Source: Dehalococcoidia bacterium
GTDB lineage: Bacteria; Chloroflexota; Dehalococcoidia; DSTF01; JACRBR01
Length of the DNA stretch: 46,385 bases
Assembly (NCBI GenBank): GCA_038240335.1
Contig: JBBSDV010000002.1
Coordinates: 1-46,385 of the forward strand
Direction: 5' to 3'
This document shows positions 18,015 to 28,585 of this stretch, one piece after another. Under the pieces are notes generated by a model. The model was given only the letters and a program-made list of their open reading frames with translations. It made no database searches and was not told the origin of the DNA. Position numbers and translations under genes: made by a program. Every line of letters begins with the position of its first letter. The stretch's first letter is position 1.

Positions 18015-18464
18015 CTACGTGCTCGCGGCCTTGTCGACCGCTTCCTGCAGCTCTCGAAGCTTCCTCCGCGTGGCGCGATCACGCTCGAAGCGCTCAGAGA
18101 TGTCGCGTGCCTGCGCCATCGCTCCCATCACTTCGCCGTCCGCGCCGTGCACAATCGCAAAGCTCAGCTCTACGTAGATCGTCGAGCCATCCGCCTTCAG
18201 CGCCTTCGTCGGCAGAGATTCCCCGCGATATTTCGTGTCGCCCGCCGCGAGCGCGCGTTCGTACCCGGTCCAATGCGCGTCACGCAGATTCTCCGGGATG
18301 ATGAGATCGAGATTCTGGCCGATCGCACTCTCGGCACTGAACCCAAAAATGCGCTCGGAGGCCGGATTCCAGACGCGAATGACGCCGTCACGATCCGCGT
18401 AAATCAGCGCATCCGGCGTTTGATTCATCATGAGCGCGGGATCGAATGTGTTGGTGCCGGCCAT
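18015..18464 (-). CDS. Stand-alone PAS domain protein
   Basis: DALIYADRDG.I..WNPASERIFG...RDISER; GAGGAG SD. Confidence 0.85.
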   Translation of the reverse strand: MAGTNTFDPALMMNQTPDALIYADRDGVIRVWNPASERIFGFSAESAIGQNLDLIIPENLRDAHWTGYERALAAGDTKYRGESLPTKALKADGSTIYVELSFAIVHGADGEVMGAMAQARDISERFERDRATRRKLRELQEAVDKAAST

Positions 18465-18566
18465 CTCGAATCGTCTCCTCAAACGCCGTACATACGCTGT
18501 GTTGCAGCATACCGTGGCCTACCTCGTACCAGCCGAGCCGTCCGCAGTATCGATACAATGGGCACG

Positions 18567-19184
18567 ATGTCCGACCCATCGGTAAAACTGATCGAGAACG
18601 AGCCGACGCTGCTCGCACGCCAAACGCCGCGGTATAACGTGGCCGCGTCCTACGACGATCAGGCGATTGCGCAGAAAGCGGCGGCTGCACTGCGCTCCCT
18701 GAGCATCGAGATCGAACTGCTAGCAGTCGACGAGACTCCGCCGGTGATCGCATCACCTCCGACCGTGAGTCCGTCACCGCAACGCACATCGCTGGCCGTG
18801 CGGGCGATCTGGAGCGGGTTCCTATGGGGAGTCCCGGGCGCGCTTGTCGGTGGCCTGATCGGCCTCGCTATCGGCTCGCTCGGCGTCGACACGCCGCTGT
18901 TCGGCACGAATACCGCCCTCGAGGTGGCAAGCTGGGCGATGTTCTTGCACATCGCTGCCGCGCTCTGCGGCGTATACATCACACTCACTGACGACGAAGC
19001 ATGGGGCATCGAGCCAGCGGATAGCGCTGACGCGTCGCCGGCGTCGATTCACCTCGCCTTAAGCGACCGATCGATCGTCGACCGAGCGGAGCGTGTGCTC
19101 TGGGACGCCGGCGCCATCCGCATCACAGAGCGCGACGAAGTGGGCGGGACGCGAACCTGGACGCGCTCCGGCGCACATAGGTGA
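18567..19184 (+). CDS. Hypothetical membrane protein
   Basis: Two Gly-rich TM segments; TACAAT-N7-ATG. Confidence 0.55.
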   Translation: MSDPSVKLIENEPTLLARQTPRYNVAASYDDQAIAQKAAAALRSLSIEIELLAVDETPPVIASPPTVSPSPQRTSLAVRAIWSGFLWGVPGALVGGLIGLAIGSLGVDTPLFGTNTALEVASWAMFLHIAAALCGVYITLTDDEAWGIEPADSADASPASIHLALSDRSIVDRAERVLWDAGAIRITERDEVGGTRTWTRSGAHR

Positions 19185-19272
19185 GGAGCGATACCGAGGA
19201 GCTAGAAGCGCCCGATCTCCGGTGTCACACACCCGTTGTTGTACTCTCGCGCGAACTGCCCGACAATGAGGC

Positions 19273-19551
19273 ATGTCCGCCCTCAACGATCGCGATGTCT
19301 CCGCGCGTCTCGAAGCTCTTGCCGGCTGGCGGCTGGAGGATGGCGAGATCCGCAAGGAGTTCTCGTTCGACGACTTTCGTGCGGCGATGACCTTCGTGAA
19401 CAGCGTCGCCGATCTGGCAAACGCCGCGGATCATCATCCCGACATCGACATCCGATACAACCGCGTTCGCATCGCCCTTGCGACGCATAGCGAGGGCGGC
19501 ATCACCGAGAAGGATTTCGCGCTCGCGCAGCTCATCGAGGCTGCGACGTAG
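19273..19551 (+). CDS. phhB: Pterin-4-alpha-carbinolamine dehydratase
   Basis: DHHPD and THSEGGITEKDF motifs. Confidence 0.9.
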   Translation: MSALNDRDVSARLEALAGWRLEDGEIRKEFSFDDFRAAMTFVNSVADLANAADHHPDIDIRYNRVRIALATHSEGGITEKDFALAQLIEAAT

Positions 19552-19568
19552 CGACGGACGGAGCCCCC

Positions 19569-20405
19569 GTGGCCGACGAGCCCGAAGAACACACAGATCG
19601 ATTCACCGAGTGGCTTAAGAAGAACGCGAATTGGCTGGCGCTTGGCTTCGCGCTGGTTTTCTTCGTGCTCCCCTACGTGTCACCGTTCGGCGCCGTCAAC
19701 CACTACCTGCACGCGCCACAGCGGCTGAGCGAGTGGACGCTGCGCAAGCTGGAGCAACTCTTTGTGCACTACGGTTACTACGTCGTCTTCTTCGGCGTGC
19801 TGATGGAGAATGCGATGTTCCTCGGCCTGCTCGTGCCGGGATCGATCATCCTCATCCTTGCCGGGCTCGCCGCCGAGAACGGCTCGATCAACCTGCCGCT
19901 GGTCGTCGCCCTCGGCATCGCCGGCACGATAATCGGCGACACGACGAGCTACTTCATCGGCCGCATGGGCTGGAGCCGCTTCCTCGAACGCGGCAGCATC
20001 GGCGTCATGATGGACAAGTTCCGCGGCGCGATGGATAAGAACCACACCTGGATCATTCTCGGCTACCACTTTGCCGGCTATTCGCGCGTCGTCGGCCCCG
20101 CCGGCGCCGGCATGTTCGGCGTCCCCTTCCGCAAGTGGGCCCCCCTCGACTACTTGGGTGGGAGCGCGTGGGTGACGCTGTACGTGTTGATAGGCGTCGT
20201 GCTCGGCCTCGCCGGCCTCGATTTCGGCGACACGAAGACGATGGCGCGCCTGCTCGAATGGTTCTTCACGGCGCTTATCGTCATTGCGGTAGCAATCGCC
20301 TGGTGGCGCACCTCCCGCAACGCTCAGCCGCCCGCCGACGGTGGAAATGGCGGCTCCGACGCGCGCGCAATCCCCGTCGCCATCCTCGTCGACGAAGAGC
20401 TATAG
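19569..20405 (+). CDS. DedA family membrane protein
   Basis: E...LGLLVPG, GD..SYFIGR and AG motifs. Confidence 0.85.
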   Translation: MADEPEEHTDRFTEWLKKNANWLALGFALVFFVLPYVSPFGAVNHYLHAPQRLSEWTLRKLEQLFVHYGYYVVFFGVLMENAMFLGLLVPGSIILILAGLAAENGSINLPLVVALGIAGTIIGDTTSYFIGRMGWSRFLERGSIGVMMDKFRGAMDKNHTWIILGYHFAGYSRVVGPAGAGMFGVPFRKWAPLDYLGGSAWVTLYVLIGVVLGLAGLDFGDTKTMARLLEWFFTALIVIAVAIAWWRTSRNAQPPADGGNGGSDARAIPVAILVDEEL

Positions 20406-20590
20406 CGCCGACCCCACGCGCGCCACTCGAGGCGGTGCCGATCTCCTCCAGTGCTTCTTGAGAGTCAGTGCTCAGCCAATGCGATGTATGAAGGTCACGC
20501 CTCGATTTGCATCGCCGGTCGAATGAAGCGGAGTGCTGAGGCGCCTGCCGGATCACGCTTCGCCCTCACCGACCACCGGTCACCAGACGG

Positions 20591-21445
20591 CTAGGCGTGG
20601 ATCTCCACTCGCATCCCCGGCGCGCCGAAGAGCCAGAAGTACTGCGCGTCGTGGAGCTGCATGCCGACGCACCCGTGGCTCGTGGCCGTCTGCCCGAAGA
20701 CCTCTTGTGGCCGCCAGTAGTTCAGGTGCAGCGCGTCGCCGCCGCGATCGTAGTACTGGGTGAAGAGCACGCGCTCGACGTCGTACGACGCCTGGCCCGC
20801 CGTGTACCCCGCCTGCGTCGCCGTCATCCGCTCGACCGCGAGCCGGCCATCCTTCTCGATCGAGTGCGTCCCGAGCGGGCTTGGAAACGCCGGCTGGCCC
20901 GTCGAGACGAGCGCCGTGTACACGGCCGCGTCGCCGATCATTGCCGAGGCCGTCTGCGTCGTCACGTTAACGTCGACCCATTTCTCCTCGCCGCGCGCAT
21001 CGGCGAGAGGCGAGGTATCCCCGGGGGTCAGAATGAATACGAATGCCGAGTACACATAACTTCCATCTGTGAGTTTGAACCATGTTCGCGTCCACGTCGG
21101 GATCGTCGTGAGCCACGTCTGGTTGCCCACCAGTACGTTCTCGCCCTGGACGGCGGAGTCGATTTGCACGCGCGCGAGATCCTTGATTGTCCTGACGACC
21201 GGCCCGCTCGTCGTCGGTCCGTCTCTGACACGCAGGTCGCCGCCCACAACGATCGCCGCACCGACGGAGAGCACCGGCGTCGGCGTGAAGCTCGGGAACG
21301 GCGTGACCGTCGGCGGGCCCGGCGTCGGCGTATCGCTCGCCCCGACCGTGGGCGTCTCCGTCGGCGCGGATGCGCGGCCGGAACAACCGACGGTGAGCAG
21401 CGCCAGCATTACGCCAAGCGACATGAGGATAGTTCGACCCGACAT
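20591..21445 (-). CDS. L,D-transpeptidase family lipoprotein with an SH3-like domain
   Basis: Lipobox TVGC; LRVRDGP; ALH...SHGCVG. Confidence 0.85.
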   Translation of the reverse strand: MSGRTILMSLGVMLALLTVGCSGRASAPTETPTVGASDTPTPGPPTVTPFPSFTPTPVLSVGAAIVVGGDLRVRDGPTTSGPVVRTIKDLARVQIDSAVQGENVLVGNQTWLTTIPTWTRTWFKLTDGSYVYSAFVFILTPGDTSPLADARGEEKWVDVNVTTQTASAMIGDAAVYTALVSTGQPAFPSPLGTHSIEKDGRLAVERMTATQAGYTAGQASYDVERVLFTQYYDRGGDALHLNYWRPQEVFGQTATSHGCVGMQLHDAQYFWLFGAPGMRVEIHA

Positions 21446-21682
21446 GCGCCGATCCTAACGCGGTGAGAGTCGGGAGGCGAGAAGTACGAATCGCCCGAGA
21501 GCACGACGCCGATGCGGGAAATGCGAAGTGAAACCCGAAGGTCAGTCACCAACCACCTTTGACAAGCAACGAGCACGAGCAACAAGTAGGCCGGCAGAAG
21601 CCGCAGGCACCAGCAACCAGCCACGAGTTACCAGCGACCAACGGCGGTGGCCGCTACAAACTGCCTTCGCTACACTCGCCGC

Positions 21683-22123
21683 ATGATCAAGAAGGTGCAT
21701 CACGTCGGGATCGTCGTGCGCGATATCGAGCAGGCGATGCGGTTCTATCGCGATACACTCGGCCTCGCACTCCACAAGATGGAGCTGATCCCCGAGCAGG
21801 GAGTCAAGGCGGCGTTGCTCACCCTGGGTGACAGCGAGATCGAACTCCTCGAGCCCACCGTCGCTGACAACGGTGTCGCCCGCTACCTCGAGCGGAAGGG
21901 AGAGGGTCTGCACCACATCTGCTTTCACGTCGACGACGTCGAGCGTGATCTCGCTGACCTGCGCGGATCCGGCACGGAGTTGATCGACCAGGAGACGCGC
22001 ATCGGCATTGCCGGCCGCATCTGTTTTCTGCACCCGAACGCCATGGATGGCACGCTCGTCGAGCTCTGCCAGCCGTTAGACGAATATGCGCAGCTTCATT
22101 CGACCGAACAGGTGACGCACTGA
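21683..22123 (+). CDS. mce: Methylmalonyl-CoA epimerase-like VOC protein
   Basis: HHVGIVV, IELLEP, GEGLHHICF and FLHP....GTLVEL motifs. Confidence 0.8.
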   Translation: MIKKVHHVGIVVRDIEQAMRFYRDTLGLALHKMELIPEQGVKAALLTLGDSEIELLEPTVADNGVARYLERKGEGLHHICFHVDDVERDLADLRGSGTELIDQETRIGIAGRICFLHPNAMDGTLVELCQPLDEYAQLHSTEQVTH

Positions 22124-23499
22124 TGGCGTCTAGCCTCACCCTCGACCACGTCGTCATCGCCGTCCGTGATCTCGATGCCGCGACGAGCGATTACGAGACG
22201 CTGTTTGGGCGCGCGCCGTCGTGGCGCGGCGAGCACCCAAGATACGGCACCAACAACACCCTGTTTCGTATCGAAAACACCTACATCGAGCTGCTTGCGA
22301 TGGGCGCTGGCAAGGCCAAGGAGAAGCAGTGGCGCGAGCAGCTGGCGAAGCACCTCGACAAGCACGGCGAGGGTGTGTACGCGCTCGCGCTCGGCACGGA
22401 TGATGTGAAGGCGACGGCGCGCGGCATGCGCGATAACGGCATCGACATAGCCGATCCGCATGACGGCAACGGCGTCGATCTCATCACCGGCGCCCGCCGC
22501 AGCTGGCGTAACGCGCTCGTCGATCCAAAAACGACAAACGGCGCGCGCATCTTCGTCATCGAGCACATGTCCCCCGCCGAAACGCTGCCATCCGCCGAGA
22601 TCACGTCCGACCCCGGCACGTTCGTTCGCCGGATGGATCACGCCGTCGTCCTCTCCGCTGACATGGAAGCCGCGCGCCGCGTCTGGGACGATCAGATCGG
22701 CGCGAGGCTCGCGCTCGACCGCACGTTCCCCGATCGCAACACCCGGATTCTCTTCTTCCGTCTCGGCGATATCACGATCGAGATTAGCGGTGGCGCGTCG
22801 CAGAGCCGCGCGGGTGAGGGGAAGCCGGATCGGATTTGGGGCCTCGCGTGGGGCGTCGATAGTATCGAGGCGACCTGCGCGCGTCTCAACAGCGCCGGCA
22901 TCGAGACCTCCGGTCCTCGGCCGGGCATAAAGCCCGGTACGATCGTGGCAACTGCCAAGGGCGAGGCCACGCACGGCGTTGCGACGCTGCTCATCGAGCA
23001 CACGCCCGAGTCGTTTCGGCCCGAGTCGCGGGCCGCGCAGGGGGACGCGCTCAACAACACGCAGCCTCGCCGCGCCTTCACAGTGCGGTCGCTCGACCAC
23101 GTCGTCGTCTCAACCGCCGACATCGCGGCCACCGCCGCGAACTGGCGCGAGCATCTCGGCCTGCAGGTAGCGGAAACGCACGAGCCATCCTTCATGCCGA
23201 TCCGCATGGCGAAGTTGCCGGCAGGCGATGCCTTCGTCGAGCTCGTGCAGCCCCTTTCGGGCGACACTGGCATCGCGCGCACCATGAGCGAGCGTGGCCC
23301 CGGCATGCACTCCATCTCACTCGTCGTCGACGATGTCGATGCGGCGGTCGCCGACCTGCGAGCTAAGGGCGTCGAGGTGTCGAATGCCGAGGCCGGCGCG
23401 TGGCCAAACACGCGCGTCGCCCGCATCGCGCCCGCCGCCGCCAACGGCGTCCCCGTGCAGCTTCTCCAGAAGGACGCTCCTCCCCCGCGCGACGAATAG
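22123..23499 (+). CDS. Triple-domain VOC/glyoxalase protein
   Basis: Three (L/M)DH(V/A)V modules. Confidence 0.8.
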   Translation: MASSLTLDHVVIAVRDLDAATSDYETLFGRAPSWRGEHPRYGTNNTLFRIENTYIELLAMGAGKAKEKQWREQLAKHLDKHGEGVYALALGTDDVKATARGMRDNGIDIADPHDGNGVDLITGARRSWRNALVDPKTTNGARIFVIEHMSPAETLPSAEITSDPGTFVRRMDHAVVLSADMEAARRVWDDQIGARLALDRTFPDRNTRILFFRLGDITIEISGGASQSRAGEGKPDRIWGLAWGVDSIEATCARLNSAGIETSGPRPGIKPGTIVATAKGEATHGVATLLIEHTPESFRPESRAAQGDALNNTQPRRAFTVRSLDHVVVSTADIAATAANWREHLGLQVAETHEPSFMPIRMAKLPAGDAFVELVQPLSGDTGIARTMSERGPGMHSISLVVDDVDAAVADLRAKGVEVSNAEAGAWPNTRVARIAPAAANGVPVQLLQKDAPPPRDE

Positions 23500-23521
23500 T
23501 GGCCTCCAGATGGTGCATGGC

Positions 23522-23983
23522 TCAGGGTTGCGCTTCGACCGTCAGTCGCTGAGCGATCGCGAAATAGTAGCCGTCGGGGTCGCGCACGAAGAACTCGCGC
23601 ACGCCGTAGAACTTGTCCTGTGGTGCTTCGGCAGGGTCGATACCGCGAAGACGAAGCTCCCGATACGCGGCATCAGCGTTCTCGACGTACAGGTAGGTGA
23701 GCACGTCTAACCCGCCGTCGTGCAGTGCGTTTGCTCCGCGGAAGACGTGCTGCCCATCGTCGTCATGTTCGTGGTGTTCGTCGACGTGCGGCGCATTGAT
23801 CAGGTCCGCCGGGCGGTCGCTGATCATTATCCCGAACCCATCTTTGCTGAGCCGCGCGAAGAAAACGACCCCATCGTGCTCCAGCCGATCCTCGAGCGAG
23901 AACCCGAGCCCATCGACATAAAATCGGAGGCTGCGGGCCATGTCCGAGACGCGCGAGTACGGCACGGCGCCGAGCAGCTTCAT
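23522..23983 (-). CDS. VOC/bleomycin-resistance family protein
   Basis: FYVDGLGF and YGVREFFVRDPDG motifs; His/Asp-rich insert. Confidence 0.8.
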   Translation of the reverse strand: MKLLGAVPYSRVSDMARSLRFYVDGLGFSLEDRLEHDGVVFFARLSKDGFGIMISDRPADLINAPHVDEHHEHDDDGQHVFRGANALHDGGLDVLTYLYVENADAAYRELRLRGIDPAEAPQDKFYGVREFFVRDPDGYYFAIAQRLTVEAQP

Positions 23984-24091
23984 GTGTCGCTCCGCTTCAA
24001 ATTAGGTCACTCCGGTGGCGATGCGTCACCGTTACACCGCAAAAAGAGTTTGCCGTTTCCCGTCCGCTCCGTTCGGTGTCTCACTTCCCAG

Positions 24092-24988
24092 CTACGCGCC
24101 GCCACCCGCCGTGATGTCGCGTCGGCGGTACACCGCGAACGCGACCGCGATGAACCCGACGATCCACGCCGCGAGGATGATCGACGACGCCTCGACGGAG
24201 TGCACGCTCCCGCTCGCGGCATCGCGCGCGTCCGGGCCGCCGAACGACGGTACGCCCGGCGGCAGGTGATTCTGAAGCAGAATGATGTTGCGATTGGCGC
24301 TGATCAGGTAGCTCGGAATGCCGTGCCACGGCGGCCCGCCCAGTCGCATCAGGCCGCTGATCAGCGGCTCGAGAAACGCCACGCCGATGCCCGCGCCGAC
24401 GCCGGCGAGCGTCGAGCGGCCGATCGTCGCTGCCGCGAACGCGAGTGCCACATATGGCGCCATGACGAACACCGTCCGCAGGTAGCTCAAGAACTGATCC
24501 TTCAGCCAACCCGCAGTCAGGAAGTCCCAGCTTGCCCCGCCGTTTACGGCCGTAATGATCGCGCTGTACGCCAGCGCCACAGCAACCGCCAGCAGCACGC
24601 CGCCGGCCACCAAGCCACCCACGACGATCAGTCGCGCCGAGATCAGCCGTAGTCGTCCGCTTGACGCCGTCGCCATCAGCCGCACCGTGCCCCACGCGTA
24701 CTCGCCGCCCGCCGCGCCGGCCGCGAGGATGATCGCCAGCAACGTGCCGAATGCGGCGCAGACGTTGAGCGCGATGGGCACGCCGGCCGACAAGAACAGC
24801 GAGCGCCGCAGCGATTGATACGTGACGAAGCGCCCCGCATCGCGGAAGCCGCCGGCGCGGCCGCTGACATTCCAAAGGATCGAGTAGAGAAGGATCACGA
24901 GTGCGACGAGCACGGCCGTCACCAGCCACGTCATCATCCGCTTACGCAGCTTGAAGAACTCGACGGCGATCAGGCGCGACATCGTCAC
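24092..24988 (-). CDS. ABC-2 type exporter permease
   Basis: EFFKLR and GGEYAWGT motifs, six TM segments; GTGA overlap. Confidence 0.8.
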   Translation of the reverse strand: MTMSRLIAVEFFKLRKRMMTWLVTAVLVALVILLYSILWNVSGRAGGFRDAGRFVTYQSLRRSLFLSAGVPIALNVCAAFGTLLAIILAAGAAGGEYAWGTVRLMATASSGRLRLISARLIVVGGLVAGGVLLAVAVALAYSAIITAVNGGASWDFLTAGWLKDQFLSYLRTVFVMAPYVALAFAAATIGRSTLAGVGAGIGVAFLEPLISGLMRLGGPPWHGIPSYLISANRNIILLQNHLPPGVPSFGGPDARDAASGSVHSVEASSIILAAWIVGFIAVAFAVYRRRDITAGGGA

Positions 24989-25914
24989 CGCGCGACCTCC
25001 TCTTCTTCGTCGTTCGTGAGCTCGAGGAACTTGCTCTCGAGTTCGACCTCCCACGGCGACAGTTCGGAGACGTACACGCCGAGCGTCGAGAGCGCCTGGT
25101 TCAGCTCCGCGGCCTTGGCCGTCGGCGCCTCCGCGCGCACGTAGCCATCGATGCGCTCGACTCCCGTGACGAACGGCACGCCGCCGAGCGCCGCCGCCAG
25201 AGCATCGTTGTCCGCCGCGCGTATCCGTAGGTACTGACCGCGACCGAGCAACTCCTCGACGGTCCCCTGCGCCACCATCCGCCCCTTCTTCACGATCGCT
25301 ACACGGTCGCTGACCGTCTGCACCTCGTGCAGTAAGTGGCTGCATAGAAACACCGCATGCCCCTGTCGCGCCAGATTGGGGATCAGCTCGCGAACCTCGC
25401 GCGTGCCTGCCGGATCGAGGCCATTCGTCGGCTCGTCGAGAATGATCAGGTCCGGGTCGCGCAGCAGTGTCGATGCGATGCCGAGCCGCTGCTTCATCCC
25501 GAGCGAGTAGGTCTTGTACGCGTCGCGCCCGCGCTCCCGCAGGCCAACCAACTCGAGCATCTCCTCGATGCGCGTCTTCGGAATATCGCCGAGCGCCATC
25601 GCGATCACGCGGAGATTGTCGCTGCCGCTGAGGTACGGATAGAACGCCGGTGATTCGATTACGGCTCCGACCTTCTTGAGCGCGGGCCAGGGGTGCGTCT
25701 GCATGTCGTCGCCGAACACGTAGGCATGCCCGAGTGTCGGCCGCACGAGGCCGAGGATCATGCCGACGGTTGTGCTCTTGCCGGAGCCGTTGGGCCCGAG
25801 GAAGCTGAAGACCTCGCGTTCGTACACGCGCAGGTTCATGTCGGCGACGGCCGTGATCCGGCCGTATCGCTTCCAGAGCCCTTCGGTACGCAGGATTTCG
25901 CGGGCTTCGGTCAA
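24985..25914 (-). CDS. ABC exporter ATP-binding protein (BcrA-like)
   Basis: GPNGSGKST, YSLGMKQRLG and LDEPTNGLDP motifs. Confidence 0.9.
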   Translation of the reverse strand: MTEAREILRTEGLWKRYGRITAVADMNLRVYEREVFSFLGPNGSGKSTTVGMILGLVRPTLGHAYVFGDDMQTHPWPALKKVGAVIESPAFYPYLSGSDNLRVIAMALGDIPKTRIEEMLELVGLRERGRDAYKTYSLGMKQRLGIASTLLRDPDLIILDEPTNGLDPAGTREVRELIPNLARQGHAVFLCSHLLHEVQTVSDRVAIVKKGRMVAQGTVEELLGRGQYLRIRAADNDALAAALGGVPFVTGVERIDGYVRAEAPTAKAAELNQALSTLGVYVSELSPWEVELESKFLELTNDEEEEVAR

Positions 25915-26148
25915 GCTGATCTACTCCGCGATCATCTTAACAGCGTCCGCCGCAGCAGATGTTACCGAACGGTCATTGGCAGTCGTCGAAGACGAAGGGC
26001 GAGGATGGAGCGTAGAGCGAAACTAATCCATGACGTGGCTACGCGTCAGCGAGCCTCTCCGCACCACATCCCGGTCTCGCATCATGACGCTTCCCACGAT
26101 CGCGGCGATTCGATATTATGCGGTGCGTTCGACGCTAACGTGCTCCAT

Positions 26149-26223
26149 TCCTCGGTAGCTCAACGGTAGAGCAATCGGCTGTTAACCGATAGGTTGTTGG
26201 TTCGAATCCAGCCCGGGGAGCCA
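26149..26223 (+). tRNA. tRNA-Asn(GTT)
   Basis: Acceptor TCCTCGG/CCGGGGA, anticodon arm ATCGG-CTGTTAA-CCGAT, GTTCGAATC, encoded CCA. Confidence 0.97.
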
Positions 26224-26237
26224 ATCTCGCATCCAAC

Positions 26238-26265
26238 CCAGCCGCCCGCCATGGCGGCTGGTTTT
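26238..26265 (+). terminator. Intrinsic terminator after the tRNA
   Basis: CCAGCCGCC-N6-GGCGGCTGG-TTTT. Confidence 0.7.
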
Positions 26266-26339
26266 GATCCGGCCTGGCGTCGACCTCTCGGCGCGGAACA
26301 CCACCGACGTGCCGCCGATTGCGTTGGGTAACATCCAGC

Positions 26340-27140
26340 ATGAACACGTTGCCTGAGGACGACCGTATTGAGCTGCGGGCGGGCTTCAATCTTGCCGCCG
26401 ACCTCTACGAACGAACGCGCCCGGTCTGCCCCAATGCGCTCTTCGATGACCTTATCCGCCTCGCGGAACTCGGCCGCGGTGATGCGGTAGTCGAGATTGG
26501 ATGCGGAACCGGTCAGGCGACAATGCCCCTTGCCGAGCGCGGCCTCGCGGTAGACGCCGTCGAGCTCGGAGCGGAGTTGGCGGCCTTGGCGCGTGGGAAT
26601 CTCGCGAGCTTCCCAGCGGTTACCGTCACGACGTCGTCCTTCGAGGCCTGGATACCCGGCCGGTCACGCTACTCGGCCGTGGTGGCGATCAATTCTCTTC
26701 ACTGGGTCGATCCGGAAGTGCGTTACTCGAAGCCGGCACAAATGCTGGAACCTAAGGGGTACCTCGCCATCGGCAACGGCCTGTGGGTTACACCTGCCGA
26801 TGCGGATCCCTTTTTCGATCAGGTGCAAGAGGACTATCGAGCGGTGGGATACGTGGGCGCGCCCCCGCCCCCGCCGGAGAACATTCGCCCGTTCCGTCTC
26901 TCGCCCGAAGCTCAGTGCTACTTCGAAGAGGTGGCGCGCGAACGCTACCCCTTCGATGTCACATTGTCTGTCGATGACTACCTCGGCAATCTCGCCACTC
27001 AGTCCGGTACGCGGCAGCTCGGTGAGCAAAAGGCGCAGGAGTTCCTCGATCGTGTGAGCCGTCGGCTGGCTGCCCGAGTGAAGCCGGACATCGTAAGATC
27101 GCTCGTCGCGGTTCTGACGATCGCGCGCGTTCGGAGGTGA
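26340..27140 (+). CDS. Class I SAM-dependent methyltransferase
   Basis: YERTRP, VEIGCGTGQAT and SLHWVDP motifs. Confidence 0.85.
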   Translation: MNTLPEDDRIELRAGFNLAADLYERTRPVCPNALFDDLIRLAELGRGDAVVEIGCGTGQATMPLAERGLAVDAVELGAELAALARGNLASFPAVTVTTSSFEAWIPGRSRYSAVVAINSLHWVDPEVRYSKPAQMLEPKGYLAIGNGLWVTPADADPFFDQVQEDYRAVGYVGAPPPPPENIRPFRLSPEAQCYFEEVARERYPFDVTLSVDDYLGNLATQSGTRQLGEQKAQEFLDRVSRRLAARVKPDIVRSLVAVLTIARVRR

Positions 27141-27259
27141 TAAGCGCAGCAGCTCGACTCGGAGACGCCGCCCATCGGTCCGATACTCGGCATCGTACTT
27201 GGGTGCAATCTCACAGCCATCACTTCGTCGACGCCTCTCCCACGATGCTGGCTGGCGCC

Positions 27260-28288
27260 CTAACCTCCGCCCAGCGACGCGAGTGCGAAGGCGCCGAGCC
27301 GCTCGACGACGACCTGCGACGCACGTAGCGCCGCGACGTCGTCCGGGTGATGCTCGAGATAGCGCGATGCCACGCCCTCACCGATGATCGCCAGCCGCCA
27401 TGCCGCGAACGCGCGATAGTACTCGATCTTCGAGACATCGCGTCCGGTCCGCGCCCCGTAACGCTCCAACAGCTCACCGAAAGGTGGGAACCCGCCGCCA
27501 GAGGTCGGATCGTTGCTCAGCGCCAGGGGCCGTGCAGGATCGTGCCAGTAGATGCCGAGGTGCCCGAGATCGGCCAGCGGATCGCCGAGCGTACAGAGTT
27601 CCCAATCGAGCACAGCCGACACTCTGCGCGCCTTCATGTCGACGAGGCAGTTCCCGAAGCGATAGTCACCGTGCACGATCGTCACACCACGCTGCTCCGG
27701 GCGCTTCTCCCGCAACCGCTCCTCAACATCGTCAATGATCGGCAGCTCGCGCGTCCGCGACGCGGCCCACTGCTTCGACCAGCGACGCAGTTGGCGCTCG
27801 AGATAGCCGTCATGGCGTGAGAGTCCCGAGAGGCCGACGGCGTCGAGCTCGACGCCGTGCAAGTCGGCGAGCACGTCGATCAGATGCATCGAGGCCTCGT
27901 GCCTTGCCGTCGTATCAAGCGGCGTTGCCTTCTCAGGACGATCGATCACGGTTCCGTCAACGAAGCCCGTGACGGCGAACGGCGCGCCATTGACGCCGCT
28001 GTCCTCGCATACCGCGAGAGCCGGCGGCACCGGTACGGTTGTCGACGCCAGAGCGGCGACGATCCGGTACTCGCGTGCGACGTCGTGCGCCGTCGCCAGC
28101 AGATGACCGAGCGGCGGTCGCCGCAGCACGTAGCGATGACTCGCCGCGTCCGACACCTTGTACGTAAGATTGGAGTTGCCACCGGTAATCAGCTCATACG
28201 CAAACGGCGGCATCACCCCCGGCACGTGATCGGCGAGCCACACCTCGAGCCGCTGCTCGTCGATTCCTGCTGGTGCCGTAGATGGCAT
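27260..28288 (-). CDS. APH-family phosphotransferase (ACAD10/LvaA-like)
   Basis: GGNSNLTY, VLRRPP, HGDYRFGN and LDWEL.TLGDP motifs. Confidence 0.85.
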   Translation of the reverse strand: MPSTAPAGIDEQRLEVWLADHVPGVMPPFAYELITGGNSNLTYKVSDAASHRYVLRRPPLGHLLATAHDVAREYRIVAALASTTVPVPPALAVCEDSGVNGAPFAVTGFVDGTVIDRPEKATPLDTTARHEASMHLIDVLADLHGVELDAVGLSGLSRHDGYLERQLRRWSKQWAASRTRELPIIDDVEERLREKRPEQRGVTIVHGDYRFGNCLVDMKARRVSAVLDWELCTLGDPLADLGHLGIYWHDPARPLALSNDPTSGGGFPPFGELLERYGARTGRDVSKIEYYRAFAAWRLAIIGEGVASRYLEHHPDDVAALRASQVVVERLGAFALASLGGG

Positions 28289-28585
28289 CGCATCACGCTC
28301 TCTCTCGCCGGACGATCGCGCCGCTTGCTCAATATTCGCATCGTCGCGCCTCGCGGTCGAGGCGGCAGATGGTGACGACCGGCATCGCGTCGCGACGCGG
28401 GCGGATGATTCCGGCGACGCCCGCAGTTTGGACGCGGTGGGCGGCTTCGTATGTGCGTATGCGCCGCTCCAGACCGATGTTGACGGCAGCCGCAACGCGG
28501 CCGCTCTCAGTCGTGTACGATAGGCGTACTCTTGGGGGAGAGTTGCCCGCGGCGCATCGCAATCGCCGCCTGCGAGGTTCACCCG

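Noticed and set aside
20406-20590. Structured RNA between convergent genes
   Set aside because: Only short 6-bp complementarities, expected by chance at this GC content.
26149-28288. Integrative element at tRNA-Asn
   Set aside because: No integrase and no duplicated tRNA 3' end seen in the window.
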